Shown here one piece after another: positions 20,164 through 29,356 of a DNA stretch of 57,167 nt. A model generated the notes under the pieces. It was given only the letters and a program-made list of their open reading frames with translations. It had not been told where the DNA came from and ran no database searches. Source of the DNA: an uncultured Candidatus Saccharibacteria bacterium (GTDB taxonomy: Bacteria; Patescibacteriota; Saccharimonadia; Saccharimonadales; Saccharimonadaceae); the NCBI GenBank assembly GCA_964535835.1, contig CAZHUZ010000001.1, forward strand, positions 53,800-110,966, read 5' to 3'. How positions within the stretch are numbered: the first letter of the stretch is position 1; each line of letters starts with the position of its first letter. The translations under genes and the position numbers were made by a program.

Positions 20164-20352
20164 AAGATAGCTCCTTATCTTATTTATAATTGCTTGTTTG
20201 CTAAGTATATTATACCTGTTGTTACTGGTAAGTAATAGATCTCTACGACTAAAAAGCAAAACGAGATAGGCAAAAAGCAAAAAAGACTATGTACGATAAT
20301 CCGTAATGCTTTTTGCATATCCCTAATTGCCAGTCAGTGTTATACTGACGCC

Positions 20353-21027
20353 ATGCTCATCATTGCACACCGGGGATCTCGCGGTACTCATCCCGAAAAT
20401 ACAATTCCTGCCCTGCGCGAAGCTATTACATCAGGCGCCGATATGATTGAATTTGATGTACGCCTGACACGTGACGGCGAGCTTGTACTTTTTCATGATT
20501 TTCACCTATATCGTACGCACAAACAAATAAATATTGTACGCACCCTCACACTTGATGAATTGCAAAAACGCACTGCAGGGAGCGAATACCCGGTCGTTAC
20601 CCTCCGCCAAGCGCTCAAAGAATGCGTTGGCAAACTTTTCATCAATATAGAAGTCAAAGATCGTGGCTCTGGTAAAAAAACTATTGAGCTGCTGACGACA
20701 GAGTACCGAAAAAATATCAAAGACATTATGATATCCTCATTTTCCGCACGAGAACTTGGGGCCATCAGAAAACAAAACAAAAAAATTGCGCTCGCTTACC
20801 TGCAACATGTCAATCCTTACGCATTCTTAGCTTTTGAGAGATCTCTCCATCTCAGTGCAGTTGGATTTCATCGCCTTCATGTGCCACATCTTGCTATCAT
20901 TGCTGCCAAAAAACTCGATATGTTGACGTACGCCTACACAGTCAACCGCAAAGCAGCGATTATACAACTGGAGGACAAGGGTATTGATGCTGTCGTAACT
21001 GACTATCCTCGAAAATTTGCACAATAA
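20353..21027 (+). CDS. glycerophosphodiester phosphodiesterase family protein
   Basis: Motifs IIAHRGSRG..PENT and IEFDVRLTRDGELVLFHD. Confidence 0.8.
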   Translation: MLIIAHRGSRGTHPENTIPALREAITSGADMIEFDVRLTRDGELVLFHDFHLYRTHKQINIVRTLTLDELQKRTAGSEYPVVTLRQALKECVGKLFINIEVKDRGSGKKTIELLTTEYRKNIKDIMISSFSARELGAIRKQNKKIALAYLQHVNPYAFLAFERSLHLSAVGFHRLHVPHLAIIAAKKLDMLTYAYTVNRKAAIIQLEDKGIDAVVTDYPRKFAQ

Positions 21028-21043
21028 CCTCGCGACGATTTAG

Positions 21044-21994
21044 CTATTTTCGACCGAGCTCTTCGAGATACTCTCGGATCTTGAGTGCTGCCGTAGCGCC
21101 CTCACCCACGGCACTCGCAATTTGGGCTGTCGCACCTGAGCGGACATCGCCACTCGCAAATATTCCCGCTATGTTTGTGCGTAAGTTGTTATCGGTTTTT
21201 ATCATGCCAATTTCGTCGAGTTCAATGGCTGAATCTTTTAGAAAACCTGTATTCGGTAGTAGCCCCACAAAGACAAACACCCCATCTACATCAAATGTGA
21301 CCGATTTGCCATCATGAGTACCCTTGACACTCGTAACAGTTTTGCCGTTTGATGAAATTATTTCATCAGTCGTCGTCGCTAAGTGGACGGTGATCTTGCC
21401 CTCGCTAACAGCCTTTTCGAGATCGTGTTGCAGTACATCACTGGCCCGCAATGTCGAACGTACGAGCAAATCGATGTGTGAAGCAAATCTCGTCAAAAAC
21501 AGTGCTTCCTGCACGGCTGAATTACCGCCACCCACAACAGCCAATTTCTTGTCACGATAAAACGCTCCATCACAAGTAGCACAGTAATGCACTCCTCGAC
21601 CGTAAAACTCCGCTTCACCAGGAATACCTAGTTTTTTATAATCACTCCCCGTTGCAATCAAAACTGCTTTTGCCTTTAGTGTACCGTCGAGCAATGTCTC
21701 AACTTCTTTATGATCACCTTTGTCAATGATATTTGTCACTTCACCATAGCGTATATCAGCGCCAAATCGTTTGGCCTGTGCTTCTAGTTGTTCGGCCAGT
21801 TTAAGTCCTTCGATACCGTCGGCAAAGCCAGGGTAGTTATCAACCCAATCAGTTGTAGCCGCCAGACCACCGACCACGCCTTTTTCGAGTAATACCGTAT
21901 CGACATCTTCACGTGTCGTATACACCGCTGCACAGAGAGCACTCGGTCCTGCGCCAATCATGATGACATCGTGGAGAGTAGTATCAGCTTCCAT
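21044..21994 (-). CDS. trxB: thioredoxin-disulfide reductase
   Basis: FAD motif IGAGPSAL, redox-active CATCDG, NADPH motif GGGNSAV. Confidence 0.9.
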   Translation of the reverse strand: MEADTTLHDVIMIGAGPSALCAAVYTTREDVDTVLLEKGVVGGLAATTDWVDNYPGFADGIEGLKLAEQLEAQAKRFGADIRYGEVTNIIDKGDHKEVETLLDGTLKAKAVLIATGSDYKKLGIPGEAEFYGRGVHYCATCDGAFYRDKKLAVVGGGNSAVQEALFLTRFASHIDLLVRSTLRASDVLQHDLEKAVSEGKITVHLATTTDEIISSNGKTVTSVKGTHDGKSVTFDVDGVFVFVGLLPNTGFLKDSAIELDEIGMIKTDNNLRTNIAGIFASGDVRSGATAQIASAVGEGATAALKIREYLEELGRK

Positions 21995-21996
21995 AC

Positions 21997-22248
21997 CTAT
22001 GCTACCGCCGCCATCAGAGCGCCAGGATTCCAGCCGATAGAGGCTACTTGCTCGTCGCCTAATTCGTCCTTTACCGTGACAACAGGCACAGTCCGCGCCC
22101 CACTAAGTGCGATGATTGACGCTTCAGCCTCTTTGTCTTCATCGATATTGATCACGCTGTACGTTTTGTTTTTCATATCGAGCAGTCGTTTGACCTGGAC
22201 ACAGTACGCGCACGTCGTCCGCGTATAGACGGTGATTTGTTTTGACAT
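21997..22248 (-). CDS. glutaredoxin-like (NrdH-type) redoxin
   Basis: About 83 aa with a CAYC active site early in the protein (ITVYTRTTCAYCVQVKRLL) and TVPVV. It lies 2 nt upstream of trxB. Start at ATG 22248. Confidence 0.75.
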   Translation of the reverse strand: MSKQITVYTRTTCAYCVQVKRLLDMKNKTYSVINIDEDKEAEASIIALSGARTVPVVTVKDELGDEQVASIGWNPGALMAAVA

Positions 22249-22339
22249 TTTTAGATATCCCCCTTTGTTCTGTATCCCATTATATAGCGTCAAAAAGCAT
22301 AATCAATACGCTATATATTGTGTTTTTTAGTACGTTTTG

Positions 22340-22912
22340 CTATTTTACTGATTTTACTTCGACGATAAATGTCAGTGGTCCAAAAGGTCGCCCCGATCCA
22401 TCGTCGGTGCTTCCATAAGCTTTGTCGGCAGGAATTGTGAGCTTGTATACGCCACCCTCTTTTGTGCCGGTGAGTCCCTCAGTCCAGCCTTTGATGACTC
22501 CATTAAGCGGAAAATCAATCGGGGTTGTTGTGCCATTTTTGTTGGTACTATCAAAAATCTTGCCGTCGGCCGTCCAGCCAAAATAGTTGGCATTGATGGT
22601 CGAGTCGGCTGCAACTTCTTTGCCAGTACCTGCAACGAGCTCTTCTTTGACGAGCTCAGTTACGCTTGCAGCGTCAAATGGCGCGGCACTATAGCCATCA
22701 AGCGGACGAAGTGACTTTTTCGTCTCCTCTTGTTGCTTGCGATACTGCTCCATCATTTTTTCTTGATCGATTTGAGACTGGCTTTTGACTGGTGTATTCG
22801 CTGCTGGCAGCATAAAAATGAAAAAGGAACCGATAGTACCAACTGCCATTACAATTGCAATTACCCAGATCGCAATGCGCTGTGAACGACTCGTCGAAAT
22901 CTCTGACGCCAT
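22340..22912 (-). CDS. membrane-anchored FKBP-type peptidyl-prolyl cis-trans isomerase
   Basis: N-terminal TM helix. FKBP core GKIFDST...VIKGWTEGL...IPADKAYG. Confidence 0.8.
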   Translation of the reverse strand: MASEISTSRSQRIAIWVIAIVMAVGTIGSFFIFMLPAANTPVKSQSQIDQEKMMEQYRKQQEETKKSLRPLDGYSAAPFDAASVTELVKEELVAGTGKEVAADSTINANYFGWTADGKIFDSTNKNGTTTPIDFPLNGVIKGWTEGLTGTKEGGVYKLTIPADKAYGSTDDGSGRPFGPLTFIVEVKSVK

Positions 22913-22950
22913 AGAACCTCCTGAAATTAGTATGTACTAGTATAGCAGTC

Positions 22951-24720
22951 TCAGCCGGCAATATCGAACCGTTTGAGTGATTTTTTGTCGTCATTTTGCA
23001 AACTGAGTAACTGTCCGTAGATACCATCAGTTCGTGCTAGCTCATGTGGCGTTCCAATCTCGTCGACACGACCACCCTTGATGGTAATGATCTGATCAAC
23101 ATGCGCAATCGTACTGAGTCGGTGAGCGATAATAATGGTCGTTCGCCCTTTCATGAGTCGATCAAGCGCTTGCTGTACAAGCTTTTCCGATCGACTATCG
23201 AGACTACTCGTCGCTTCATCGAGAATGAGAATCGGTGCGTCTTTGAGAATTGCTCTGGCGATTGCAATCCTCTGTTTTTGTCCGCCGCTTAGCTTAACCC
23301 CGCGTTCACCGATCTCGGTATCGAGTCCGTGCTCTAACTTACTAATAAACTCCCACGCATTGGCCGCTTTGGCGGCTGCCTTGATCTCGTCATTGGTCGC
23401 CTCAGGACTCGCGTAGGCAACGTTCTCACGGATTGTCCCACTAAACAGTGCTGGGTCTTGAAATACCACCGCGATATTCTCACGCAAACTCGTCTGTGTC
23501 ACGCTCTGTATCGGTGCCCCATCTATTAGAATCTGTCCGGAATCGGGATCATATAATCGCAGCAATAGACTCGTTATTGTCGTCTTCCCTTCGCCGCTCT
23601 CACCGACAAGCGCGACCTTTTCGCCCGGCATAACCTCAAACGTTACATTATGCAGTACCCTCTCATCTTTGTTGTAACCAAAAGAAACATCGTCGTAGGT
23701 GATTGTTGCTTTCTTGATAGTAAGCTTCTTGGCATTAGGGTGATCAGCAACGGCAGGCTTCGTTTCCATTACCGAAAAGAAATCCCTAGAACCAGCAATC
23801 GCTTTCTGCGTATTGTCGACAATGAAACTCATATTAAATATTGGGAATCTCATCATGGCGATAAGCTGAATCATCAGCACCATCTCACCAAGAGTAAACT
23901 GTCCTTGTGCCGTCCGCACAAACAAATAAGCAAATATCGCAAAGAATATGATATTGAGCGCCAGCCGTCTCGTGATATCCATATTGTGCCAATAGCCGGA
24001 TTGTTTTTGTGTAATATCGACCGTTCGCTGCATATGATGCTCAAAATGGCCAAACTCAAGCTTCTCCTGTATAAAGCTCTTTACGACCCTGATTTGTGCC
24101 ACAACTTCAGCAAATCGACCACTCGCCACATCCGTCTCGTGGTTTTTCTCGTCTTGCCATTTCTGCCATTTTTTACTCGTCAGTGCTGTCAGCCACATAA
24201 ATACCGGATACAACACAAACAACAGGAGCGCTAGCTCCCAGCTATATATACATACAATGATAAGTGTCAATATAATCGTCAAAAACATCTGGAAGAAATT
24301 GTTGGCAAACATATTGGCAAATTGCGTTACTTCGGTAATTGTCCGATTGAGGCGATTGATGATCGTCCCCGTCAGCTCGTTATCGTAATATCCCTGCGGG
24401 AGCGTCAAGAGATGCCGATAGTACTGTTCACTCAATTGCTTTTTGAGTTTGGCGCTCATAACGTCTCCTAAGTAGCCGCCCCAATTTGTAAAGAGCGTAT
24501 TGCTCACGTCGATAACAAATAACCAAACTGCAATCCATAGCGCACCCGTCACATCAGCACGCCCAGACTGTATAGAACCGACGATGAGATCGGTTGCCGC
24601 TTTAAACAAAAAAGGTGATGCTAGCGAGGTGACACTCATCAACACCGAAAAGATCGTGATGCCAAGATAGTACGGCCAGAGATTTCGGGCATAGCCAAGC
24701 ACGCGAAAAAGTATTTTCAT
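22951..24720 (-). CDS. ABC exporter, fused permease/ATPase (MsbA/MdlB-like)
   Basis: Six N-terminal TM helices, Walker A GESGEGKTT, signature LSGGQKQR, Walker B ILILDEATS. Confidence 0.9.
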   Translation of the reverse strand: MKILFRVLGYARNLWPYYLGITIFSVLMSVTSLASPFLFKAATDLIVGSIQSGRADVTGALWIAVWLFVIDVSNTLFTNWGGYLGDVMSAKLKKQLSEQYYRHLLTLPQGYYDNELTGTIINRLNRTITEVTQFANMFANNFFQMFLTIILTLIIVCIYSWELALLLFVLYPVFMWLTALTSKKWQKWQDEKNHETDVASGRFAEVVAQIRVVKSFIQEKLEFGHFEHHMQRTVDITQKQSGYWHNMDITRRLALNIIFFAIFAYLFVRTAQGQFTLGEMVLMIQLIAMMRFPIFNMSFIVDNTQKAIAGSRDFFSVMETKPAVADHPNAKKLTIKKATITYDDVSFGYNKDERVLHNVTFEVMPGEKVALVGESGEGKTTITSLLLRLYDPDSGQILIDGAPIQSVTQTSLRENIAVVFQDPALFSGTIRENVAYASPEATNDEIKAAAKAANAWEFISKLEHGLDTEIGERGVKLSGGQKQRIAIARAILKDAPILILDEATSSLDSRSEKLVQQALDRLMKGRTTIIIAHRLSTIAHVDQIITIKGGRVDEIGTPHELARTDGIYGQLLSLQNDDKKSLKRFDIAG

Positions 24721-24909
24721 ATATGTGTATTATGACAAAGACAAGAAAGTTTTCCTAATAAGAGATCGTCATCCGGTGTGGATGACGTCTCCCCAAAAGG
24801 TTGTGGTAATTGCCCACAAGTCTCTCCTTTTGTACTTCCTATCCCACGGCGCAATCTAGCATCAAACCGTTAGCGAGTTCACATTTTTATATTTTATTGT
24901 CGATACATA

Positions 24910-27405
24910 CTAGCTACGTAATTGTTTACCAAAAATGACTCGTCTCATTGGTACAACCAACATTGTCGTCACGACAGCGATGCCGAACGCTGTTATGGCT
25001 TCGACGAGCGTAATCGGAGCAAAATGGAAAAGTTCTCGTATCGGCTGCACGCCATAAATGACTGTCAAAGCGAGCGCCACAATCGCTACAATGATAGCCA
25101 GCGCGTTAACTTCGCCACCGCCAAATGCCTGCGCAACCACTCTCTTGCCAGAGATGACAAGTATCATCAGAACGTTTGTTAGGATGATCAGCAAAAAGGT
25201 GATCGCTCGTGCCTTGTCCTCAGACCATCCCATGTCAAGCATCAGCCAATGCCCAACAACAATAACCCCCGATATGAACAGTCCTGTCACCGCACTCAGC
25301 AAGACCATCGAGCGACTAAATAGCGCTGATCCTAGCTTGCGCGGTGGGCGCTCCATCGTGTCCGGCTCCTCATCTTCGCCCTCAAAGATAAGCGTACAGC
25401 TCGGATCGATAATGAACTCTATAAACACGATATGAATAGGCAACAGCACAAGCGACCAGCCAAAGAAAACCGGTACGAGCGATAGCATAATAATCGGCAT
25501 ATGTACCGTCAATATGTAGATCATGGCTTTTTGTAGGTTGGCGAATATTCGTCTACCCGTTCGTACGCCTTGCACGATCGAAGCAAAATTATCATCAAGC
25601 AACACTATCGAAGCAGCCTCACGAGCGACGTCGGTACCTCGCTGACCCATTGCAATTCCGATGTGCGCTGATTTGAGCGCCGGTGCATCATTGACGCCAT
25701 CACCCGTCATTGCCACTACTTCACCATTATCTTTGAGTGCGTTGACGATCAATAGCTTTTGCGCCGGTACAACACGACTAAATATCGATGTCGTCTTGAT
25801 TACTTCATCACGCTCCGACTCACTCATGGCGGCAAAATCATCACCCGTCACGACGCGTTCGCTATCGAGTCCAATCACACTCCCAATCCGCCTCGCTGTC
25901 TCAGCATAATCACCCGTAATCATGATGACGCGTATACCCGCCTTACGACAAAGCGCTACCGCATCTGCAGCCTCTGCCCTGATCGGATCAGCCAATGCAA
26001 CCAATCCTAGAAATGTATAGCTGTAGGCATCACGCTCTTTCGGTAACTCATCTCTTGGTGCTCCTTTTGCAACAGCAATAACTCGCAATCCTTTACTGGC
26101 TAGTTCTTTGACACGAAGTCGTAGCTGTTCACTGTGTTTGCCCTTGACACCACAAAGCGCAAAGACCACCTCAGGCGCGCCTTTGAGCGCGACAACCTCC
26201 TGCTTCTCTCCATTACCCCAGACGTGTACAACCGAGAGGGATGATTCTTCGAGTGGATACTCTTTGATGATCGTCATTTCGCCATAGACACTGCTGATGT
26301 CATCGTGCAATCCTGTGCCGGCTTTGATAAACGCCTCCTCCATCGGATCAAAGGGTTTTATCTGCGACGCTAAGACGCCATAATCAACTACCTGTGTATA
26401 GTCGTCACTTCCATGAATGCTCTCACTACCATGTGCATCCGTCACGCAGTCGACCTGCATACAATTTTCTGTCAATGTTCCGGTTTTGTCAGTACAAAGA
26501 ACCGTCGCGCTCCCAAGTGTCTCGATCGTCTGACTCTTGCGCGCCAAGACATTATTTTTGGCAAGCCGCCAAGCACCCAGTGCCATAAACACTGTCAAAA
26601 CGACGGGAAATTCCTCAGGCAATATCGCAATCGAAAGCGTCAAGCCAGCCAAAAACCCATGTAGCAAATCACCTCTCGTAAACCAATAGACAAGTGCTAG
26701 CAGTACCGACGCCGCTACAGCCACAACCGCCAGTGTCTTGACGACACGATCAACTTCGCGCTTGAGCAACGTCTTTTCAGGTTTAATTGTATTAAGTGAG
26801 CTACCTATCTGACCAATCTCAGTTTCACCGCCAATCGCTGTTACTTCAGCCATCCCATGACCTTTGACAATCATTGATCCAGAAAAAATCTTTCGTTTTT
26901 TCTCATCGTCAGTCACCGCCTCGTCTTTGTCGACCGGTATGGACTCACCCGTGAGGAGCGACTCATCTGCCATTATATTCTCAGCATCAAGCAGTACCGC
27001 ATCAGCCGGCACACGCTCACCCTCCGACACCAAAAATACGTCGCCGACGACTAGCTCTCGACTCGGTATCACCATATGCTTACCATCTCGGATGACATTG
27101 CAGCTCGGACTCGCAAGCCCCCTCAGAGCTTCGAGCGCTTTTTCGGTCTTGCTGTCTTGATAGAGCTCAATACCGATAATCACTAGGACTGACACCATCA
27201 ACACCATCGCCTCAGTCTTGTCACCGAGCAAGAAATACACAACCACAACCGAAACGAGTAAAAAGATCATCGGCTCCGTCAAAACACCGACAATTATCTT
27301 GATAAAACTTCGTTTTTCCCTATCGGGAAGTGCATTATAGCCCTGCGATTGTTGTCGCGCTTTGGCTTCGATCGTTGTAAGACCTTTGACGGTATGTGCA
27401 TTCAT
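24910..27405 (-). CDS. P-type cation-transporting ATPase (P2-like; ion specificity not assignable)
   Basis: Motifs TGES, PEEFP (TM4), CTDKTGTLTEN and MTGDGVNDAPALK. There is no CPC/CPx heavy-metal motif. Start set at ATG 27405 (MNAHTVKGLTTIEA = Cation_ATPase_N-like). The ORF stays open upstream to 27558. Confidence 0.9.
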   Translation of the reverse strand: MNAHTVKGLTTIEAKARQQSQGYNALPDREKRSFIKIIVGVLTEPMIFLLVSVVVVYFLLGDKTEAMVLMVSVLVIIGIELYQDSKTEKALEALRGLASPSCNVIRDGKHMVIPSRELVVGDVFLVSEGERVPADAVLLDAENIMADESLLTGESIPVDKDEAVTDDEKKRKIFSGSMIVKGHGMAEVTAIGGETEIGQIGSSLNTIKPEKTLLKREVDRVVKTLAVVAVAASVLLALVYWFTRGDLLHGFLAGLTLSIAILPEEFPVVLTVFMALGAWRLAKNNVLARKSQTIETLGSATVLCTDKTGTLTENCMQVDCVTDAHGSESIHGSDDYTQVVDYGVLASQIKPFDPMEEAFIKAGTGLHDDISSVYGEMTIIKEYPLEESSLSVVHVWGNGEKQEVVALKGAPEVVFALCGVKGKHSEQLRLRVKELASKGLRVIAVAKGAPRDELPKERDAYSYTFLGLVALADPIRAEAADAVALCRKAGIRVIMITGDYAETARRIGSVIGLDSERVVTGDDFAAMSESERDEVIKTTSIFSRVVPAQKLLIVNALKDNGEVVAMTGDGVNDAPALKSAHIGIAMGQRGTDVAREAASIVLLDDNFASIVQGVRTGRRIFANLQKAMIYILTVHMPIIMLSLVPVFFGWSLVLLPIHIVFIEFIIDPSCTLIFEGEDEEPDTMERPPRKLGSALFSRSMVLLSAVTGLFISGVIVVGHWLMLDMGWSEDKARAITFLLIILTNVLMILVISGKRVVAQAFGGGEVNALAIIVAIVALALTVIYGVQPIRELFHFAPITLVEAITAFGIAVVTTMLVVPMRRVIFGKQLRS

Positions 27406-27660
27406 TATGTCTATTATATATCCTTCATTTTTCGTACCTTTTATGGTATTATATCTATTCACGTTCTGGCATCCAGCTAGGGCGACGATCGAGAGGAGTG
27501 TCATCATCCATTTCGGAAGACGACACACGACCCGAACACCGCAAGCACAGCTACGCATCGCGCGTCACAAGGGATCCGAGCAGACCACACGGTTGCTCAC
27601 ACCCCCTTCTGACGCCAAACGCGTCCGTGTGCCCAAGATGAAGAGGGCGTAACTCCCCTC

Positions 27661-27700
27661 GCCGGTCCCGACCACGCAAGATTCCACGGTCGGGACCGGC
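27661..27700. repeat. perfect 13-bp GC-rich hairpin within a GC-rich non-coding segment
   Basis: GCCGGTCCCGACC, a 14-nt loop, then GGTCGGGACCGGC. There is no flanking U-tract on either strand. Confidence 0.7.
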
Positions 27701-27738
27701 ACTCATCCACTTTCATTCGACAAAAAGGAAGTGATAGT

Positions 27739-27924
27739 ATGGTCGATGGTGTCAATGGTGACCCCACTGCAATCATCCGGAGGAACAAAAACCGCGCCGA
27801 AAAACTGATGCTCGAACACGGCGTCGACTGTCGTCGATCAGATCGCGATTGTAGACACCACCGAGAAATCTCGAAACTCCGCGGAGAAAACGAGAAATTG
27901 GCTCAACAGCTCAAACCGCGTTAA
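27739..27924 (+). CDS. hypothetical 61-aa basic protein
   Basis: ATG preceded by AAGGAAG at 7-nt spacing and followed by hairpin 27945-27968. C-terminal heptad-like ISKLRGENEKLAQQL. No family recognised. Confidence 0.35.
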   Translation: MVDGVNGDPTAIIRRNKNRAEKLMLEHGVDCRRSDRDCRHHREISKLRGENEKLAQQLKPR

Positions 27925-27944
27925 TCAGCCATCAAAACAATATG

Positions 27945-27968
27945 CCCGGGAGCGACTCCGCTCCCGGG
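27945..27968. terminator. probable bidirectional terminator hairpin between the 61-aa ORF (+) and the Cys-rich peptide gene (-)
   Basis: 10-bp perfect stem CCCGGGAGCG / CGCTCCCGGG with a 4-nt loop. A/T-rich on both sides (TAAAAATTT on plus; ATTGTTTTG on minus). Confidence 0.6.
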
Positions 27969-27992
27969 TAAAAATTTCGACATTTCCAGCGA

Positions 27993-28229
27993 TTAAACCG
28001 TCGTCATATCGCCTGTTGGCGGCTCAAAATTTGGCGTTTGAGAGCCCGCATCTTGTGACTCATTTTTGCAGTCACATCCGTCATCGCAGGTGCAACATTT
28101 GCAGCATTTGCACGGTGAGCCAGCACCAGCTTCTTGTGTTGCTGATGACATAGATGGATTCATCGTCTCGTCATTCGTCATATCATTATTCATCATCGTT
28201 TGGTCCTGAGTATCTTGAGTTGGTTCCAT
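27993..28229 (-). CDS. Cys-rich, Met/Asn/Asp-rich small protein (metallothionein-like or RiPP-precursor-like)
   Basis: 78 aa. The block CKCCKCCTCDDGCDCK holds 8 Cys in 16 residues. ATG with GGAGG 6 nt upstream; terminator hairpin downstream. Confidence 0.55.
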   Translation of the reverse strand: MEPTQDTQDQTMMNNDMTNDETMNPSMSSATQEAGAGSPCKCCKCCTCDDGCDCKNESQDAGSQTPNFEPPTGDMTTV

Positions 28230-28313
28230 TATATCCCTCCGATTTACCTTTTATTCTATATGTTATTTTATCTGTTTTGGATCATATGTATGTGACCTAG
28301 ATTACATACAGAT

Positions 28314-28517
28314 CTATATATCGTTCTTTAGCTCTACACCCGCCTCACGGAGCAGCCTGATCGCTTTTGGGCCAACTCCATGCAGCTGTAATAATTCTTT
28401 CTCGCTATAATTTCGCAGTTGCTCACGCGTCGTAACCCCAATCACTGCGAGGGCACTCAGTGCGGGACGGCCAATAGATGGCAGATCACCTTCGGGCGAG
28501 AGACTACTTTTTCCCAT
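28314..28517 (-). CDS. small helix-hairpin-helix DNA-binding protein
   Basis: About 67 aa with an HhH motif LLQLHGVGPKAIRLL. Start set at ATG 28517, overlapping the upstream membrane-protein gene. Confidence 0.5.
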   Translation of the reverse strand: MGKSSLSPEGDLPSIGRPALSALAVIGVTTREQLRNYSEKELLQLHGVGPKAIRLLREAGVELKNDI

Positions 28518-28713
28518 TGAGATATTTACCGGCAATACTTAGGGCAAACGATGACAATATGATAAACACCAGAGTCAGCAGTGTCTTCATCAAAAATATA
28601 TGCGTAGGTGAACTCTGCTGATCATTATCCGGCATATTAAATACCATCAATACTCCGGTGATACCAAAAAGTATTGATGCTACGATAAAGATTTTAGTTG
28701 CGATTTTTTGCAT
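28504..28713 (-). CDS. hypothetical 2-TM small membrane protein
   Basis: 69 aa with two hydrophobic helices and an ATG start. Confidence 0.45.
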   Translation of the reverse strand: MQKIATKIFIVASILFGITGVLMVFNMPDNDQQSSPTHIFLMKTLLTLVFIILSSFALSIAGKYLNGKK

Positions 28714-28783
28714 AGATAGTTCCTGTTTATACCACTAGTATACTCTATACGCATAAGCATATATGGACTTTGTATCATTTTTG

Positions 28784-28792
28784 TGCTATAAT
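28784..28792 (+). promoter_or_regulatory. extended -10 promoter element (TGCTATAAT)
   Basis: TGnTATAAT consensus about 40 nt upstream of the 28832 ATG, which has its own GGAGG RBS. Confidence 0.45.
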
Positions 28793-28831
28793 ATATATGT
28801 TCTATTCCATCGATCTCGATCGGAGGCAGCC

Positions 28832-29326
28832 ATGACACTTTGTGTCGGACTGTTCGGGACATGTGGTCGCAGCACCTGGCGTGACGCCTTCATAAAGCGT
28901 TACGAAGAACTCGACATTCAGTACTTCAACCCGCAAGTTGACGACTGGAAGCCAGAGGACGCTGAGATCGAAGCTGAGCATCTGGCAGAAGATGCTGTCA
29001 TTCTCTTTCCGATCACCGGAGAGACCTATGGCACTGGCTCGCTGTCAGAAACTGGCTTCTCGGCACTCCAGGCACTCCGACTCAATGCTCACCGCGACTT
29101 CGTTGTCATGATCGAGAGAGATCTCGACCCCAGCCTCGATGACGCAGTGGCTCGCAAAGAGTCGATCAGGGCACGAGCACTCGTTGCCAAGCATCTTGAG
29201 AAACTCGACATGGCGAATATCTACATCGTCGATTCACTCGAAGACATGTTGGCGCTCAGCATCGAGCTCTACCACATCGCCCAAGTCAGACTACGCATCG
29301 AGAGCTACCGGCTTCGAAGCACCTGA
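28832..29326 (+). CDS. nucleoside 2-deoxyribosyltransferase-like protein
   Basis: About 164 aa. N-terminal VGLFGTCGRSTWRD...FNPQV and ILFPITGETYGTGSLSETGFS resemble the Nuc_deoxyri_tr2-type family. Start at ATG 28832 with GGAGG RBS. Confidence 0.55.
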   Translation: MTLCVGLFGTCGRSTWRDAFIKRYEELDIQYFNPQVDDWKPEDAEIEAEHLAEDAVILFPITGETYGTGSLSETGFSALQALRLNAHRDFVVMIERDLDPSLDDAVARKESIRARALVAKHLEKLDMANIYIVDSLEDMLALSIELYHIAQVRLRIESYRLRST

Positions 29327-29356
29327 CAACCAGAAATCGCTAACCGAGAACGGTTC

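Noticed and set aside
24721-24909. The 189-nt spacer between the ATPase stop and the ABC-exporter start, including an 8-bp hairpin (CGTCATCC/GGATGACG) and a 20-codon GTG mini-ORF behind AAGGAGAG.
   Set aside because: The hairpin is short with only a modest U-tract, so at most it is a weak ATPase terminator. The mini-ORF has no distinguishing features. There is not enough support to call either.
27406-27558. An in-frame N-terminal extension of the P-type ATPase ORF contains a lipoprotein-like signal (MMTLLSIVALAGCQ, lipobox LAGC).
   Set aside because: P-type ATPases have cytoplasmic N-termini, and the Cation_ATPase_N-like segment begins right after Met at 27405. The extension lies in the compositionally different G+C-rich segment. 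It is probably fortuitous but cannot be excluded without N-terminal mapping.
27460-27720. Possible M-box or yybP-ykoY (Mn2+) riboswitch, SRP RNA, RNase P RNA or tmRNA in the G+C-rich segment.
   Set aside because: Only a short GGGGAGU-like match to yybP-ykoY was seen. The hallmark sequences of RNase P (GAGGAAAGUCC), tmRNA (tRNA-like 3' end), SRP (GGAAGCAGCC helix 8) and M-box could not be found by eye. It is reported only as an unclassified structured region.
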